Shown here piece by piece: positions 17,422 to 26,715 of a stretch of DNA of 64,000 bases (its first letter is position 1; each line of letters starts with the position of its first letter). The DNA comes from a virus, in IMG/VR virus record IMGVR_UViG_3300027659_000020, positions 25,557-89,556 of that record; one strand, given 5' to 3'. Position numbers and translations under genes: made by a program. The notes beneath the pieces are model-generated. The model did no database searches. It was given only the letters and a program-made list of their open reading frames with translations, and was not told the origin of the DNA.

Positions 17422-20062
17422 AGTATCCAAACGCAGGCATCATAAAGTTCTGCGTTCGATCCGGCATATTGGTATTATTAACAGTTGTCGAATTTACAGT
17501 TGAGCTATTGACGATTGGAGCAGAAGCAGCAGGCGCCACCACATTACTCGTGGTGGCTGAAGTATTCAGCTCATTCGTTTGATTCTGATATGCTGCCATT
17601 TCAGCACCAGTATTGTTAGCAGTAGATAGATTTGCTTGCGGGCTAACAATTCGCATTTCTGGCGTTGGCAAATCTGTACGGCCGCGTTGAATACGCTCTT
17701 TCAATTGAGGCAGTGACTCGCCCTCGATCATTTGGATCGGCCCGTTTGTTGGCCCAATCTCTTTACTTATCCGAGCCATTGTAGTTGCTGTATCTTCACC
17801 TTCAAGCGCAAGGCCGCGAATGGTGGCTGCGCTGCTGAGAAGCTTCTCAGGCTTGCTATCACCATCTGTCTTAGCCGCATCAGTATTCGGTACGGCTGAA
17901 TCTGCAATTTTAGCCGCATCAGTATTCGGTACGGCTGAATCTGCAATTTTAGCCACAGTAGTAGCACCGGATCCAGTCTTTGGTAATCCTAGGAGGTCAA
18001 GTACTTTATCGGTTATATTAAATCCAGCAAGTTTAGCAATAAAATTAAATGGCGCGAGCAGTGAAGTAAGGACTCCCGCAAGCGCTTTTTTGACAAAGGT
18101 CAATAAGTCAATTTTTCCAGAGAATAGATCTTTAATTCCCCCAACAATCTCGGTTATTGCTGCAAAATATTCGGTGAAATATCCAATCAGATTATCAAAA
18201 AGGCTCGACACCATTTCAGTAATAACATCTTTGATTGAGAAACTATCCAGTGCTGCCGCAACGCCATCGAATCCAAATGCTTTTGCCAACCACGATATGC
18301 CGTCTTTCAATAGGTCTAGCAAGCCTCCAATTAGACCGTTGATAACTCCAGAGACCATTCCTTTCAGCCCTCCTACAATCTTATCAAGCAGAGATCCTTC
18401 TGTTTTCGTAAATCCATCAATAAAGCCAGTGATTCCATCAAATACTGACAACAGGATTGTAAGCGGCAATGCAATTTTTCCAATAACAGTTTTGAATAGG
18501 TTGAATACTTTTGGCAGGAATTTTAGCAGTGAAAACGTTTCTCCTAATTTTCCCATTGCTTGCAAGACCATTGGCAGAAATTTTAGCATCGGCGCAAAGA
18601 TTACTTTTCCACCATCCACAATAGCGCTGATCGTTTTTGCAATTATCTCTACAAACGAGAAACTGTCTAAGAATGTTTCAATTTTCTTGCCAGTTTCGCC
18701 AAAGAAACTAGCAAACCATGAAATCAAACTTTTAAGCAAATCGGCCGGTGCACCAATTAGACCTTGTAGTAACTTAATAATTCCGCCTTTCAGGCCACCG
18801 ATCAGTTTTTGCACAATATTTCCAGAAGTTTTTGTGAAGCCATCGATTGCTCCAGTAATCGAATCCCATACTGACATGATGATAGTAAGCGGTGCCGCAA
18901 GTTTTGCAATAGTACGACCGATCGTCTTGCCAACATTGAAGGCGGTCTTCAGACCACTTATCCAGTTGCCAATTGCGGCGGGAAATGTTGCAAGTTTCTT
19001 GGCAAAAGTCTTGATCGCTGTTGCTACTGGATCAGTTTTCCCCAATAGGTCTGGGAATGCTTTAAGGAAAGATCGGTAAAGCTTTTCTGGGCGTAGGTCG
19101 GTTAGTGTAGTCCAGAACGCCTTCATTTCGGTGAAGAATCCTCCGAACGCTGTCTTCAAGGGTTTTGCCCATTCTGCAGTAGAGGCTACAGCCTTAGAAA
19201 AGGCAGAGGATACTGATCCGAATAGACCTTTTACCGCTACACCAATACTAGAAGATATCACTTTTGCTTCAGCCTTTATGATATTAAATGAGTCTAATAT
19301 CGGATCTAGATATTTACCAAGCTTTGCTGCAAGCATCATTTTTCCAGCAAGCTGAATTGACTTAAACCACTTAATGATCGGGGCAAGCAATGGCCCCATC
19401 TTGAATTCCACTAATCGTCCGAGAGCTTTAAACTTAGACGATACTGCTTCAAAGGCTCCAGCAATCTTTGTTGTTACTACACCTAATAGGTTCTTTAATG
19501 GACCTGCTACAATAGCTAGCGCAGATTTTATCATTTTGGTTAGCTCAATTATCAATCCGGTAACAAATCCAACTAGCATACCGCCAATCATTGCCACTGT
19601 CTTTCCAAAATCCATATTCCCTACATTTACTTTAATTTTTGTCTGCTTTTGTACCTCTGAGGTTGCTGTCTTCTTAGACTCCGCCGTATTCTCCATGCCT
19701 TGTAGTTTCTTAAGGCCGGCGCCGCGCCGTGACTCCAAAAATTCATCTCTTAACCCCATCAGATTATTTCTGATATCCTGCAGAACCGCGTTTGAATCGC
19801 CTGCAGATTTTACTAGGTATTCTAGACTATCTGCCATATTCTGGGCACTTGCCAAAATCTGTGAGCAGCAATCTGATAGCTGTAGTTGTGAGCTTTCGCT
19901 GTTACCGGTCTCTTTTAGCTCATTCTGTGGCTCTTTTGCAGCTGTTAGAACTGAATCTAGCAAGGGAAGCAAAGACGAGGAATTCTTCTCAATTTTTTCT
20001 AAGGTCTCGTTTGCGACCATCAACTCGAGTAGAATATCCTGAAATGTAGCGTCTTTGTCCAT
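17420..20062 (-). CDS. tail length determinant / baseplate hub (gp29-like tape measure)
   Basis: 880-aa helical amphipathic protein downstream of gp26/gp51, with an N/T/S-rich C-terminus. Confidence 0.7.
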   Translation of the reverse strand: MDKDATFQDILLELMVANETLEKIEKNSSSLLPLLDSVLTAAKEPQNELKETGNSESSQLQLSDCCSQILASAQNMADSLEYLVKSAGDSNAVLQDIRNNLMGLRDEFLESRRGAGLKKLQGMENTAESKKTATSEVQKQTKIKVNVGNMDFGKTVAMIGGMLVGFVTGLIIELTKMIKSALAIVAGPLKNLLGVVTTKIAGAFEAVSSKFKALGRLVEFKMGPLLAPIIKWFKSIQLAGKMMLAAKLGKYLDPILDSFNIIKAEAKVISSSIGVAVKGLFGSVSSAFSKAVASTAEWAKPLKTAFGGFFTEMKAFWTTLTDLRPEKLYRSFLKAFPDLLGKTDPVATAIKTFAKKLATFPAAIGNWISGLKTAFNVGKTIGRTIAKLAAPLTIIMSVWDSITGAIDGFTKTSGNIVQKLIGGLKGGIIKLLQGLIGAPADLLKSLISWFASFFGETGKKIETFLDSFSFVEIIAKTISAIVDGGKVIFAPMLKFLPMVLQAMGKLGETFSLLKFLPKVFNLFKTVIGKIALPLTILLSVFDGITGFIDGFTKTEGSLLDKIVGGLKGMVSGVINGLIGGLLDLLKDGISWLAKAFGFDGVAAALDSFSIKDVITEMVSSLFDNLIGYFTEYFAAITEIVGGIKDLFSGKIDLLTFVKKALAGVLTSLLAPFNFIAKLAGFNITDKVLDLLGLPKTGSGATTVAKIADSAVPNTDAAKIADSAVPNTDAAKTDGDSKPEKLLSSAATIRGLALEGEDTATTMARISKEIGPTNGPIQMIEGESLPQLKERIQRGRTDLPTPEMRIVSPQANLSTANNTGAEMAAYQNQTNELNTSATTSNVVAPAASAPIVNSSTVNSTTVNNTNMPDRTQNFMMPAFGY
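17871..17954. repeat. 39-bp tandem duplication (AKIADSAVPNTDA x2)
   Basis: TTAGCCGCATCAGTATTCGGTACGGCTGAATCTGCAATT twice, exact. Confidence 0.95.
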
Positions 20063-20074
20063 AGCTATATTGTG

Positions 20075-20209
20075 TTACTTTCGTGCTCGCGCTTTCGCCT
20101 TTTCGTTTTCTTCCTTGATATGCTGTACCAATAACGAAACATAGATTTCCCTCTCCCAAGGCATCATCTCATTCAATTCAGACAAACTGTATTTATGATG
20201 CTGCATCAT
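20075..20209 (-). CDS. gp51: baseplate hub assembly chaperone gp51-like (probably reached by -1 frameshift from gp26)
   Basis: MMQHHKYSLSELNEMMPWEREIYVSLLVQHIKEENEK; the frame stays open upstream to the gp26 slippery site. Confidence 0.85.
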   Translation of the reverse strand: MMQHHKYSLSELNEMMPWEREIYVSLLVQHIKEENEKAKARARK

Positions 20210-20256
20210 AGCAAAATTTGTCTGAAAGTGATTAGCCAGGTTGTCATGCGAGAGGG

Positions 20257-20973
20257 CTAGGCGAAAAAACTGGCCATCCCAGAGATCGTCAGCACATTGT
20301 GGTGCTTACAATCTTTATTCGTGCAATCAAATTCTATAGTATGCTCAAGCTTAGGCATCTTCTCGATATACTCCTGAATCTTAGCAAATTGAGATTGATT
20401 GAGCGAATCCAGGAATTGAACTAGTTCCTCGCGAGTCTGTTCATCTGCTGGGTAAACCTTTTTGTCATCGAAGATATTGTCAATGCAGGATAGCACAATG
20501 TCAGTGATGTTATTCAGCTTGCTGTCTTTATTAGCTCCCTCAAGCTGGTCAATTAGCTTTACCTTAGGCCATGTCATCGTCACTCCGATTGTTTCCGTCA
20601 GCTTGATCTTGCTGTCCGGCAAGTCATCCGTCTTTACCGCAATCTCATCGAGATTGACATCAACTGTGGTGGCTTTCTCGCACTTTTCACATTTCAGACC
20701 GACCTTGCTGATCTCTCCGACTGATTTTGCTCGAAGCTTGAGAAAAAGATACTCCAGATCAAATGTGCATAGCTTGTCAGGCTCGATCTTATCGAAGGTA
20801 CATGCTTTAACGACATCCTTGATAGCCTGCAATATCTGTGCTTGGTTCTCAGATTCCATGGCAATCATTAGAATCTTTTCCTCGCCGACGAGGTATGGTC
20901 GATACTGAAATGTCTTTCCAGTAGACGGAATTTTTACGCTGTATTTTGGAGCTTCAATCCTTGGTAGTGCCAT
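20257..20973 (-). CDS. gp26: baseplate hub assembly protein gp26
   Basis: MALPRI...YRPYLVGEEKILMIAMES...FDLEYLFLKLRAKSVGE, CxxC, ends GMASFF. Confidence 0.92.
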   Translation of the reverse strand: MALPRIEAPKYSVKIPSTGKTFQYRPYLVGEEKILMIAMESENQAQILQAIKDVVKACTFDKIEPDKLCTFDLEYLFLKLRAKSVGEISKVGLKCEKCEKATTVDVNLDEIAVKTDDLPDSKIKLTETIGVTMTWPKVKLIDQLEGANKDSKLNNITDIVLSCIDNIFDDKKVYPADEQTREELVQFLDSLNQSQFAKIQEYIEKMPKLEHTIEFDCTNKDCKHHNVLTISGMASFFA

Positions 20974-20995
20974 AATGCAATAATAATTTAATGGT

Positions 20996-21529
20996 TTATG
21001 CTATAACTTCAAAATTCTCATATGTCATCACAACTAACAACTTCTGAATACTATTTTCTGCGGTATTATCTAGATTTATCCCACCAATAGTAACGGGAAA
21101 TGCATTCCTTAGAACAACGCCATAGACAGTATTATCGTCCTTTTCACCTTTTGATGTCTGAAATACTCGCACATCAGCGACGTGTTTGTCTAGATACTTT
21201 GCTCTATATGTCTTAAAGTCAATAATTGCTTCAGCCCATGCATCGAAGACTTTCTTGATATAGTAATCATTCGTTAGTAAGAAAGTGAATGTCACATCCT
21301 CATTCAAAAATCCATATGGCACCTTGATTGATTGCTTCTGTGCCTGATAATCCAAAGTGGCGATTTGACGCCCGGGCAAGCTAGTAGCATCACAAAGAAG
21401 GTTCAGAACGCGCATATCACTATTATACGGTATGGAGTCTGGTATACTCATCTCAATCCGATACCGATTTGCCATGGCAAGACCTTCTCTGTTTTTCAGC
21501 TGTCCTACGAAATCAGTGATAGATGGCAT
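20996..21529 (-). CDS. baseplate tail-tube initiator (gp54/gp19-like fold)
   Basis: GLAMANRY, LCDATSLPGR, FDAW, LRNAFPVTIG; start MPSITDF. Confidence 0.75.
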   Translation of the reverse strand: MPSITDFVGQLKNREGLAMANRYRIEMSIPDSIPYNSDMRVLNLLCDATSLPGRQIATLDYQAQKQSIKVPYGFLNEDVTFTFLLTNDYYIKKVFDAWAEAIIDFKTYRAKYLDKHVADVRVFQTSKGEKDDNTVYGVVLRNAFPVTIGGINLDNTAENSIQKLLVVMTYENFEVIA

Positions 21530-21536
21530 AGTTGTA

Positions 21537-22139
21537 TTAGCGCTGCTTGAGATATTGTTTCCTAGACTCAGCCCAGACTTTCGTCTTTGATGCTCCGCTA
21601 AAGTGTTCAGTGGGCAAGAAGATAGCAATGTCCCATTCTGCGGCAGGAACTAGCGATGCTCGAGTCTTCATGTGATCAAAAAGATAATGCTTAAAACATG
21701 GGGCAAACTCTCGATATTTTTTAACGCCTTTAAGAATCTGATATCTTAAGCGGATACGACTGCGCTCAGTAAGAATATCGTCCGTGACCATTGTATTGAC
21801 TAACCTATCTAGAAAAAGCGCACGAATGTTGGGCGCCAGATAATGCAAATTAAGCCCATAGAATCCGCCAGGAGCTTTGTCGACCATTATGATAAGCGGA
21901 AACTTATCATAATACGGCATATCTTCCTTTGTTTTGGGATCATATGCAAACATATACATATATCCCCACATAGGTGTCTTCTTTATTTTTAGAGCTTCGT
22001 CCCTTAGCAAAACATTTCGGTTGATTCTGCCGGTCAAGCTCTTGACGCGATCTGTAAACCAGAGCCGTGAGCGCCTAGAACGTTCCTCTAGGCCATATTT
22101 GGCCAGTTCGTCGTGCAGCTTTTGAAAAAGTGAAGCCAT
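21537..22139 (-). CDS. gp2: DNA end protector gp2
   Basis: MYMFAYDPKTK..PYYDKFPL, FYGLNLHYL, PCFKHYL, WDIAIFLPT. Confidence 0.93.
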   Translation of the reverse strand: MASLFQKLHDELAKYGLEERSRRSRLWFTDRVKSLTGRINRNVLLRDEALKIKKTPMWGYMYMFAYDPKTKEDMPYYDKFPLIIMVDKAPGGFYGLNLHYLAPNIRALFLDRLVNTMVTDDILTERSRIRLRYQILKGVKKYREFAPCFKHYLFDHMKTRASLVPAAEWDIAIFLPTEHFSGASKTKVWAESRKQYLKQR

Positions 22140-22146
22140 AAACATC

Positions 22147-22154
22147 TATTTATA
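22147..22154 (-). promoter_or_regulatory. T4 late promoter
   Basis: TATAAATA on the minus strand before gp2. Confidence 0.75.
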
Positions 22155-22163
22155 GGCAATTTC

Positions 22164-22610
22164 TTACCCTGTCAGTATCTTAATACCCATAGCTTTGAGT
22201 GTGTCCTCATGCCAGATCTGAAAGGACCAGCCTCGATCTGCAGCATACTCTTCTGCCGCTTCCCACTTACTGATGTTCTTAACATACGTCATAACTTCCG
22301 TGATAAAGCGCTTAGTCTTGCGCCCAGGATTGACTGGCGGAATCGTCTCTTTCTTAGGTTTGATCTCGATAATGAATGTCTTGCCATCAGCAAGAGTCAT
22401 CTTAACATCCACGAAATAGCGATGCATTTTGCCATCTGTCTTGCAGCGATACGGGACTACAACTTCCTCGGATGACCATGAGTGCACATTGGATTGCTCG
22501 TCCAGCCAGCGAAATACCTGCCTTTCCCAGAGTGATCGATAGACTATATTCGTGACATCGCCACGATATTTAGATGGATTGCGCGGCGAGAATTTACCTT
22601 GGTAAGTCAT
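22164..22610 (-). CDS. gp4: head completion nuclease gp4
   Basis: YQGKFSPRNPSKYRGD..IVYRSLWE, WSSEE, HRYFVD, IEIKPK. Confidence 0.95.
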   Translation of the reverse strand: MTYQGKFSPRNPSKYRGDVTNIVYRSLWERQVFRWLDEQSNVHSWSSEEVVVPYRCKTDGKMHRYFVDVKMTLADGKTFIIEIKPKKETIPPVNPGRKTKRFITEVMTYVKNISKWEAAEEYAADRGWSFQIWHEDTLKAMGIKILTG

Positions 22611-22617
22611 ATAAATA
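22610..22617 (+). promoter_or_regulatory. T4 late promoter
   Basis: TATAAATA before gp48. Confidence 0.75.
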
Positions 22618-22641
22618 GGTACTTATCTAAGCTCCACGATT

Positions 22642-23412
22642 ATGCTCGTCTTCCCCAAAGATTTCAGACAGTCAGTAGCAGGCAAGCAATATCCTGCTAT
22701 TTGCTTTGCGTATTGTTCAAAAGACCGAGTTCCGGGGGAAAAGATCTTTCTGCCGATGCCGCCCGGTTTAGAAATCAGCGATTCAATGCAATACAGCCCG
22801 ATTGAGTTGGGACAGATCGGTGGAATAGTCGATGAAGCAGTTAAGGGTGGCACAGAAGCTGGCCTGGGCAAAGCAATTACTGCAGGATCTGCAAAGTCAT
22901 TGGAAAAGATCAAAACCATGAATGCCGCTGCAGCACTTTCAATTGCTGCTAAAGCATTGCCCACCATAGATTCATCCTCATCTATATCTGGTATAGTTGA
23001 CTTTGGTGCTAAGCAATTACTCGCGCCAAATTCAAATACCAATTTTCAAAACTCGAATATTCGATCTTTTTCATTCAGGTTTAAGCTAGTTTCTCGCTCT
23101 GAGGATGAATCTGAGACAATTACCTCTATCGTCGAAGCATTCCGCGAAAATATGTATCCCGGAGGTAATGAAACTATCATGGAATATCCCGGTACATGGT
23201 ATATCAGTTTTCTGGATAACGGCGGCCGCAATATATGGATTCCCGCAATCTATGAGTCATACTTGACTTCTTTTAGCTCAACATATAATTCATCCTCTAA
23301 TATGTTCCATGAGGACGGAAGCCCAGTTGAGGTTGATGTCTCGATGGCATTCCAGGAAGTTAAAGCGCTGAACAGATCGCAGATCGAGAAACTAAATCAA
23401 GGTATAATCTAA
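22642..23412 (+). CDS. gp48: baseplate tail tube cap gp48
   Basis: IFLPMP, RSFSFRFKL, EYP, DGSPVEVDVSMAFQE. Confidence 0.8.
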   Translation: MLVFPKDFRQSVAGKQYPAICFAYCSKDRVPGEKIFLPMPPGLEISDSMQYSPIELGQIGGIVDEAVKGGTEAGLGKAITAGSAKSLEKIKTMNAAAALSIAAKALPTIDSSSSISGIVDFGAKQLLAPNSNTNFQNSNIRSFSFRFKLVSRSEDESETITSIVEAFRENMYPGGNETIMEYPGTWYISFLDNGGRNIWIPAIYESYLTSFSSTYNSSSNMFHEDGSPVEVDVSMAFQEVKALNRSQIEKLNQGII

Positions 23413-23424
23413 TAATCTCTCACA

Positions 23425-24240
23425 ATGTCATTCTTCCGACAATTTCCTAAGACTGTTTATGACTTTCAGAGTGATGGTATTGACACACAAGTTGTAGATC
23501 TTTTTCGATCTGTAAAAGTTCAGAATTTATACTCTGATGATTTATCGATATATACCTATTACAATATCAATAATGGCGAGAGGCCAGATATTCTGTCTAA
23601 TACGCTATATGGAACACCTGAGTATTACTGGACATTCTTTGTGGTAAATGACAAACTTAAGTCTGGGCTGTCGGAATGGCCAATGAGCGCTGGCGAGTTT
23701 GATGCCTATATGGATCAGGAATATGCTGGCACTGTTATTCAGACATATCCTCAACTTGGTCTGGCGGCAAACGGAGTCTCTATTTTATACACAAATTCGC
23801 TAGCCGGGCCGGATATGTTTCACCCAGGAGATCGCGTGCAAGGAGTACGATCTGGTGCAAATGGATTTGTAGTATCCACTGATGTTCAGCTCAGCCAGTT
23901 GCTTTTAAGAGATGTAACAGATGGATCTGGTGGCGCGTTTTTCAAAGAGAATGGAACGGAAAATCTTGTATACTATACTGGTACTAACGATAGATCGGTA
24001 ACAATTGCTAAAGTTTTTAGCCATAGAGATGCACCACACCACTATGAAGATGCAGATGGGCTTATTACATATACTAGTTTATCGATAAATGAGGGAGTAT
24101 CACCGTCACGGGTATTAACTACTGTTTCAAATTACGAGTACGAGATGCAGCTCAATGATGAGCGAGCAAATCTTCGAATAGTTCGTCCTGAAGCAATTTA
24201 CAATTTTGCAAAGACATTTCGAGAACTGATCAATGCCTAA
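23425..24240 (+). CDS. gp53: baseplate wedge gp53
   Basis: FFRQFP, GERPDILSNTLYGTPEYYW, VSNYEYE..LNDER. Confidence 0.88.
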   Translation: MSFFRQFPKTVYDFQSDGIDTQVVDLFRSVKVQNLYSDDLSIYTYYNINNGERPDILSNTLYGTPEYYWTFFVVNDKLKSGLSEWPMSAGEFDAYMDQEYAGTVIQTYPQLGLAANGVSILYTNSLAGPDMFHPGDRVQGVRSGANGFVVSTDVQLSQLLLRDVTDGSGGAFFKENGTENLVYYTGTNDRSVTIAKVFSHRDAPHHYEDADGLITYTSLSINEGVSPSRVLTTVSNYEYEMQLNDERANLRIVRPEAIYNFAKTFRELINA

Positions 24241-25588
24241 GAATATCAATGTCAGTTTGCGCGGAGATACAGTTCCGTATCCCACAGCATACAGAGTACA
24301 TGAAATGGTTCTTACCAACCATGCTGGGCGTAAATATGATATTTATCCGCTAGTCACAGATTTCACGATCACCGAGAGCATATACACTCCTTCGCTGCTT
24401 CTAAGTGTCAGCATCAAGGATCCAATCAATATGCTGGAAGAACTAGAGCTATCTGGCCAGGAAAAGATAACTGTCAGTATTTGGAAAAAGCGGAGTACTG
24501 GTGAAGAAGAACATATTCAGCATGAGTTTCTGATATCCGAGTACCCAGTATACGGAAAGTTCAAGAATTATTTGCAGGTCTATACTGTCAAAGGTATCTC
24601 GCCTCATGTCTTTTACAATAAGTTTAAGATTATATCTCGAGCATGGAGCGGAACAATTCAGGACTTTGTCTTTAGTGTTCTGACCAAAGATCTTGGATAT
24701 AATCCTGACTTTATTGAAAAGTCAGAAAAGCAAACCGCTAACATCTCTTTCATTGTTCCTGCTCTCAATCCAATCGATGCAATTGCATGGGCGCTACGCC
24801 GAGCATATGACGAGACTGGAAGCCCATGGTATTGCTACGAATCATTGCAAGAAGGAGGATCAGTTCCGGGCGGTACAATCTGGATACTGCCGCAGTCTGA
24901 CCTATCTTCTTACTATGACTCGTACTCAGAGTATGAGCAAGCAGTAGCATTTACATATGCGCCAAATACTCCAGAAGACTATGAACAGCGCCGTAAGCGT
25001 ATTCTTTCAATTTCGAGCAGATTCAATATGTCAAAGTATATCTCCGGAGGAAATGGCGCATACGGAGCAACTACCGAATATGTGGATATTGCTACAAAAA
25101 GCCGAGTAATCAAGAAGTTTAATTACTTACAGGAATTTTCTCAAATGCGCTGGAGTAATAAAGGCGTCAATCTAGCCAGCGACTTTAAGCTAGATGATCA
25201 GACATTAGCATCTTTGCCTGATGCTAAGATCAATTATATTCCAATCAATAGTAAAGCATTTTCTAGTGGTAGTGGCAACTATCACTCACCTACACAGAAT
25301 GGCATGCTAAATCGCGCTAATTCCTATGTGGAGAATCTTGAGAATATCATTCATGATCTGACATTGGCGGGTGACTTTTATATGAACGCAGGCAATAAAC
25401 TTGAGCTAAAACTGCCGAAAGCAATTGATCCTAGCGCAAATGTAAAGCGAAGTAAACATTCTGATGGCGATTATGATCTATTGCTATCTGGGCAGTATAT
25501 TGCTACCACCGTAGTACACAATTTTAGCGAAGAACATACCTGCGAGGTGCGTGTAAAGAGAGACTCAATGTCAGAGAAGTTTACCTAA
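24233..25588 (+). CDS. baseplate hub protein (gp27-like)
   Basis: Lies between gp53 and gp5; ITESIY, LSGQEKI, LSGQYIATTVVH. Confidence 0.6.
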   Translation: MPKNINVSLRGDTVPYPTAYRVHEMVLTNHAGRKYDIYPLVTDFTITESIYTPSLLLSVSIKDPINMLEELELSGQEKITVSIWKKRSTGEEEHIQHEFLISEYPVYGKFKNYLQVYTVKGISPHVFYNKFKIISRAWSGTIQDFVFSVLTKDLGYNPDFIEKSEKQTANISFIVPALNPIDAIAWALRRAYDETGSPWYCYESLQEGGSVPGGTIWILPQSDLSSYYDSYSEYEQAVAFTYAPNTPEDYEQRRKRILSISSRFNMSKYISGGNGAYGATTEYVDIATKSRVIKKFNYLQEFSQMRWSNKGVNLASDFKLDDQTLASLPDAKINYIPINSKAFSSGSGNYHSPTQNGMLNRANSYVENLENIIHDLTLAGDFYMNAGNKLELKLPKAIDPSANVKRSKHSDGDYDLLLSGQYIATTVVHNFSEEHTCEVRVKRDSMSEKFT

Positions 25589-26697
25589 TGAATACAGTAG
25601 ATGATTTAATCAGTCAGAACTTCGCATGGTTTACCGGTGTAGTAGAGGACGTAAAAGATCCCATGCAAATGGGACGAGTACGCGTCCGGTGTATCGGTTA
25701 TCATACTGAGGACAGGAACGAGATTCCCACAGATTCGTTGCCATGGTCTATTGTCATGACTTCGATTCAGTCAGCATCTATGTCTGGTATCGGCCAGTCA
25801 GCTACTGGTATTCTGCCTGGATCATGGGTGATTGGATTCTTTCGCGATGGTCGTTCTGCACAAGATCCAATTGTGCTAGGCACTATTCCATCATACTCGT
25901 CACCGGCAGATAAGAGTAAGGGATTCAGCGATCCATCTGGTAAGTATCCCGCCAGAGAAGGAATCGATACTCCCAGAGAGGCAACAGCAAATTATGGAAG
26001 TGCAGAATCGCTAATCAAGAGAGAATCACTAACAGAAAATGGTATCAAACTTGCATCTGTTCCAGCAATGAGCGCTGGATCTGCAACTGCATCGCCCGAG
26101 CAGGCCTGGGATATGAAGAGCCGCTATGATATAGTAGCTCCGCAATATCCCAAGAATCAAGTATTCAGATCAGAATCTGGCCATGTGCGTGAGGTCGATG
26201 ACACTCCCGGATCTGAGCGTACTCTGGATATGCACAGAACTGGCACTTATGTTGAGGTCGATGCAGCGGGCGATAAAACAACTGTAGTGACAGGCGATAA
26301 CTACGAGGTGCTTATCAAGGACAATAACGTCTATATTAAGGGTGAATGTAACCTAACTGTGGAAGGTAACCTACGCACCTATGTGAAGGGCAATTACATT
26401 CTGGAGGTCGATGGCGATAAGTTTGAGAAAATCAAGGGTAGCCGATTCTCCAGTGTTGCTAAATTTGATCAGATGGACAGCAAGCAATCAGTGACTGCAG
26501 TTGATAGCACTATCACCCTTGCTCTAAAATCAAAAATATCTGATTTAGAAGGTTTATCTGGCATTTCATTCGTTCATCCTCAGATTGATGCTTTTGGGAA
26601 CTTTGCGTGCGATATTGCTCCGAATTCTAATTTTACTACAACTGATGGAAAGAACATTACTGTGGTCAAAGGCATTGTTACTAATATCTCACCTTAA
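25588..26697 (+). CDS. gp5: baseplate central spike gp5 (no lysozyme domain)
   Basis: WFTGVVEDVKDPMQMGRVRVRCIGYH OB-fold, GSWVIGFFRDG, SESGHVREVDDTPGSER, VxG beta-helix repeats. Confidence 0.9.
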   Translation: MNTVDDLISQNFAWFTGVVEDVKDPMQMGRVRVRCIGYHTEDRNEIPTDSLPWSIVMTSIQSASMSGIGQSATGILPGSWVIGFFRDGRSAQDPIVLGTIPSYSSPADKSKGFSDPSGKYPAREGIDTPREATANYGSAESLIKRESLTENGIKLASVPAMSAGSATASPEQAWDMKSRYDIVAPQYPKNQVFRSESGHVREVDDTPGSERTLDMHRTGTYVEVDAAGDKTTVVTGDNYEVLIKDNNVYIKGECNLTVEGNLRTYVKGNYILEVDGDKFEKIKGSRFSSVAKFDQMDSKQSVTAVDSTITLALKSKISDLEGLSGISFVHPQIDAFGNFACDIAPNSNFTTTDGKNITVVKGIVTNISP

Positions 26698-26715
26698 CCA
26701 TCGACCAACTAAATT

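Noticed and set aside
17820-20042. Plus-strand ORFs of 419 and 222 aa
   Set aside because: Antisense shadows of the tape-measure-like gene.
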